From: an uncultured virus (IMG/VR IMGVR_UViG_3300034061_003767)
Taxonomy: Duplodnaviria > Heunggongvirae > Uroviricota > Caudoviricetes
DNA: 64,000 nt
Direction: 5' to 3' (one strand)
IMG/VR virus record: IMGVR_UViG_3300034061_003767
The translations under genes were made by a program, and so were the position numbers. This document shows, piece by piece, positions 62,264-64,000 of this stretch. The notes beneath the pieces were generated by a model, which made no database searches, was not told where the DNA came from, and saw only the letters and a list, made by a program, of their open reading frames with translations. Each line of letters opens with the position of its first letter. Position 1 is the first letter of the stretch.

Positions 62264-63114
62264 ACATACAGGAACTATTACCTCCATCAGCAGAATTTAT
62301 AGATCGATATAATAATAATATTGAGCTTGGTAAATCTTTTCTAAAAGATAAAAAAATAGTTATTATTGGTTTGGCCAGAAATATAGCAAATAGTATCGAG
62401 GATTCATTATCAAAACTAGTAGACTTTGCACAAAATGCTAAAGACTATAAAATTATTATTTTTGAAAACGATTCAAGTGATAATACACGCGAGATATTAG
62501 AGAATATAAAAAAAGATAATCCTAATATTATAACTCTTTATGAAACCCATAATCGACCACAGTTTGGACAGGTACAAGATACAGAGCGTACTATGGCTTT
62601 GGCAGAATATAGAAATACTCTAAGAGAGTACATCAATACGCATCTGCTAGACTACGATTACGTAATTGTTTCTGATATGGATTTTATTGACTTCAGCGAC
62701 CTAGGCTGCTATAATTCTTTTGGCTGGTTGGCTCGTCATACAGACACAATTGATGCTGTAGCGGGTAATTCTTTTGAATATAAAAACGTAACATTGGCTA
62801 ATCAAAAAAGTTTATGGAACTACGATAGTTGGGCATTTAGATATACATGGTGGAATCAGTTGCCTGTTTTAGATTCTATGACTTATAGTGGAATGTTATG
62901 GTTTGGATTTTTTATTATGCCGGTTGGTTCTACAATAATTCCTGTAAATAGTGCTTTTGGTGGTATGACAATATATAAGACGCATCAATTTGTTCAGGGT
63001 ACTTATGATGGTTATGATTGCGAGCATGTGTGTTTTCATTATAGTTTAAAACAAAAAATACCATCATTTCAGCTGGTATTAAACCCTTCTCAAACAATGG
63101 TATTTAAAGAATGA
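62260..63114 (+). CDS. CAP59/GT69-like glycosyltransferase
   Basis: ENDSSD, LAEYRN, DMD, YDSWAFR, VNSAFGG..IY, DCEHV. Confidence 0.75.
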   Translation: MNIQELLPPSAEFIDRYNNNIELGKSFLKDKKIVIIGLARNIANSIEDSLSKLVDFAQNAKDYKIIIFENDSSDNTREILENIKKDNPNIITLYETHNRPQFGQVQDTERTMALAEYRNTLREYINTHLLDYDYVIVSDMDFIDFSDLGCYNSFGWLARHTDTIDAVAGNSFEYKNVTLANQKSLWNYDSWAFRYTWWNQLPVLDSMTYSGMLWFGFFIMPVGSTIIPVNSAFGGMTIYKTHQFVQGTYDGYDCEHVCFHYSLKQKIPSFQLVLNPSQTMVFKE

Positions 63115-63240
63115 CAATCGTTTTATCTTTAGCAATAATTATTGGCATTTTAAATTGTATGAAAACTATTTCGGATACAAGATTAGGATATCTTCCAGCC
63201 GTCAAACCTTCGAAAAATTTAATCAGTTTTACTTTTTTAA

Positions 63241-63783
63241 ATGAATAATCGTCTACACAATCAAAGAGTTTATCTCGCTGGTGCTATGGACAGAGTTGCT
63301 GATCGTGGTACAGGTTGGCGAGATAGTATAACTCCATTCTTACAAAGTTTAGAAATTGTGGTATTCAATCCGATTAGTAAGCCTACAGATATTGGATTAG
63401 AAGATCATGATACTCATCAAATCAAAACTAAGCTCAAACAAATGGGCAGATATGACGAATTAGCTGCTATGATGAAAACTATTCGTAGTGTAGATTTACG
63501 TCTAGTAGATATTAGTGATTTTTTAGTAGTCAATCTAGACTTAGATATTCATCCATGCGGCACATACGAAGAAATTACATGGGCCAACCGACAAAAAAAA
63601 CCCATTATCATACATATGGTCCAAGGTAAGGGTCATGCTCCAGATTGGTTGTTTGGAATGATTCCTCATCAAATGATTTTTTCCAACTGGGATGAAATCA
63701 AAAACTATCTAAATCATATTAACAATTCAGAAAATATAGACACACATAAAAGGTGGTATTTCTTCAATGCAAAAAATAATTAA
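63241..63783 (+). CDS. Nucleoside 2-deoxyribosyltransferase-like protein
   Basis: VYLAGAM, WR, FNP, D...V..SD, GT.EE. Confidence 0.75.
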   Translation: MNNRLHNQRVYLAGAMDRVADRGTGWRDSITPFLQSLEIVVFNPISKPTDIGLEDHDTHQIKTKLKQMGRYDELAAMMKTIRSVDLRLVDISDFLVVNLDLDIHPCGTYEEITWANRQKKPIIIHMVQGKGHAPDWLFGMIPHQMIFSNWDEIKNYLNHINNSENIDTHKRWYFFNAKNN

Positions 63784-64000
63784 CGAAACAAAACTAGATT
63801 TTGATGACGTTTTGATTAGGCCAAAACGATCTACTCTGAATAGTCGAGCAGAAGTAGATTTGGTTCGTACTTTTAAATTTGCTCATAGTCCACGACAATT
63901 AAATTGTGTACCGATTATGGTGGCAAATATGGATACTGTTGGTACATTTGAAATAGCTAAATCGTTATGTAAACAGCAAGCTATCACCTGTCTGCACAAA
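63767..64000 (+). CDS. guaC: GMP reductase (partial, runs off window)
   Basis: KLDFDDVLIRPKRSTL.SR..V.L.R.F, PIMVANMDTVGTFE. Confidence 0.9.
   Translation, partial: MQKIINETKLDFDDVLIRPKRSTLNSRAEVDLVRTFKFAHSPRQLNCVPIMVANMDTVGTFEIAKSLCKQQAITCLHK

Overview
A 64-kb segment of a large lytic dsDNA phage. Supporting this are rIIA/rIIB-like genes, ThyX, an ATP-dependent DNA ligase, an RNA ligase, RuvB, UvsE, tRNAs, a tmRNA and dense short ORFs almost all on the + strand; no rRNA, CRISPR array or structural genes are seen. The host cannot be determined from this window; a Planctomycetota-like host is a weak guess. Layout: (1) 1-1.7 kb, a minus-strand operon with a phage sigma factor; (2) about 1.8-19 kb, an early or host-takeover-like region of small transcription units; (3) 19-47 kb, short hypothetical genes with nucleotide, repair and translation functions; (4) 48-56 kb, rIIA/B, a RuvA-domain-III/RuvB pair and an actin-like ATPase; (5) 57-64 kb, an AT-rich glycosylation/methylation cluster and the start of GMP reductase. 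The most notable signals lie in region 2: 13 copies of a 44-bp double palindrome (CTGCCAAAATGGCAG-N14-CTGCCAAAATGGCAG), six near-perfect sigma54 -24/-12 motifs on the opposite strand, eight copies of a directional 40-bp element ending TAGTCAGCGA, and sigma70 promoters with mostly 16-bp spacers and a CGATA box. It also holds a non-coding RNA island (7.9-8.85 kb) with an extensively base-paired RNA of about 435 nt. Across the window there are three tRNA-like RNAs with abnormal or missing anticodon arms and two rare-anticodon tRNAs (Ser-ACT, Ile-TAT). All protein family calls are from motif recognition by eye; no searches were run.
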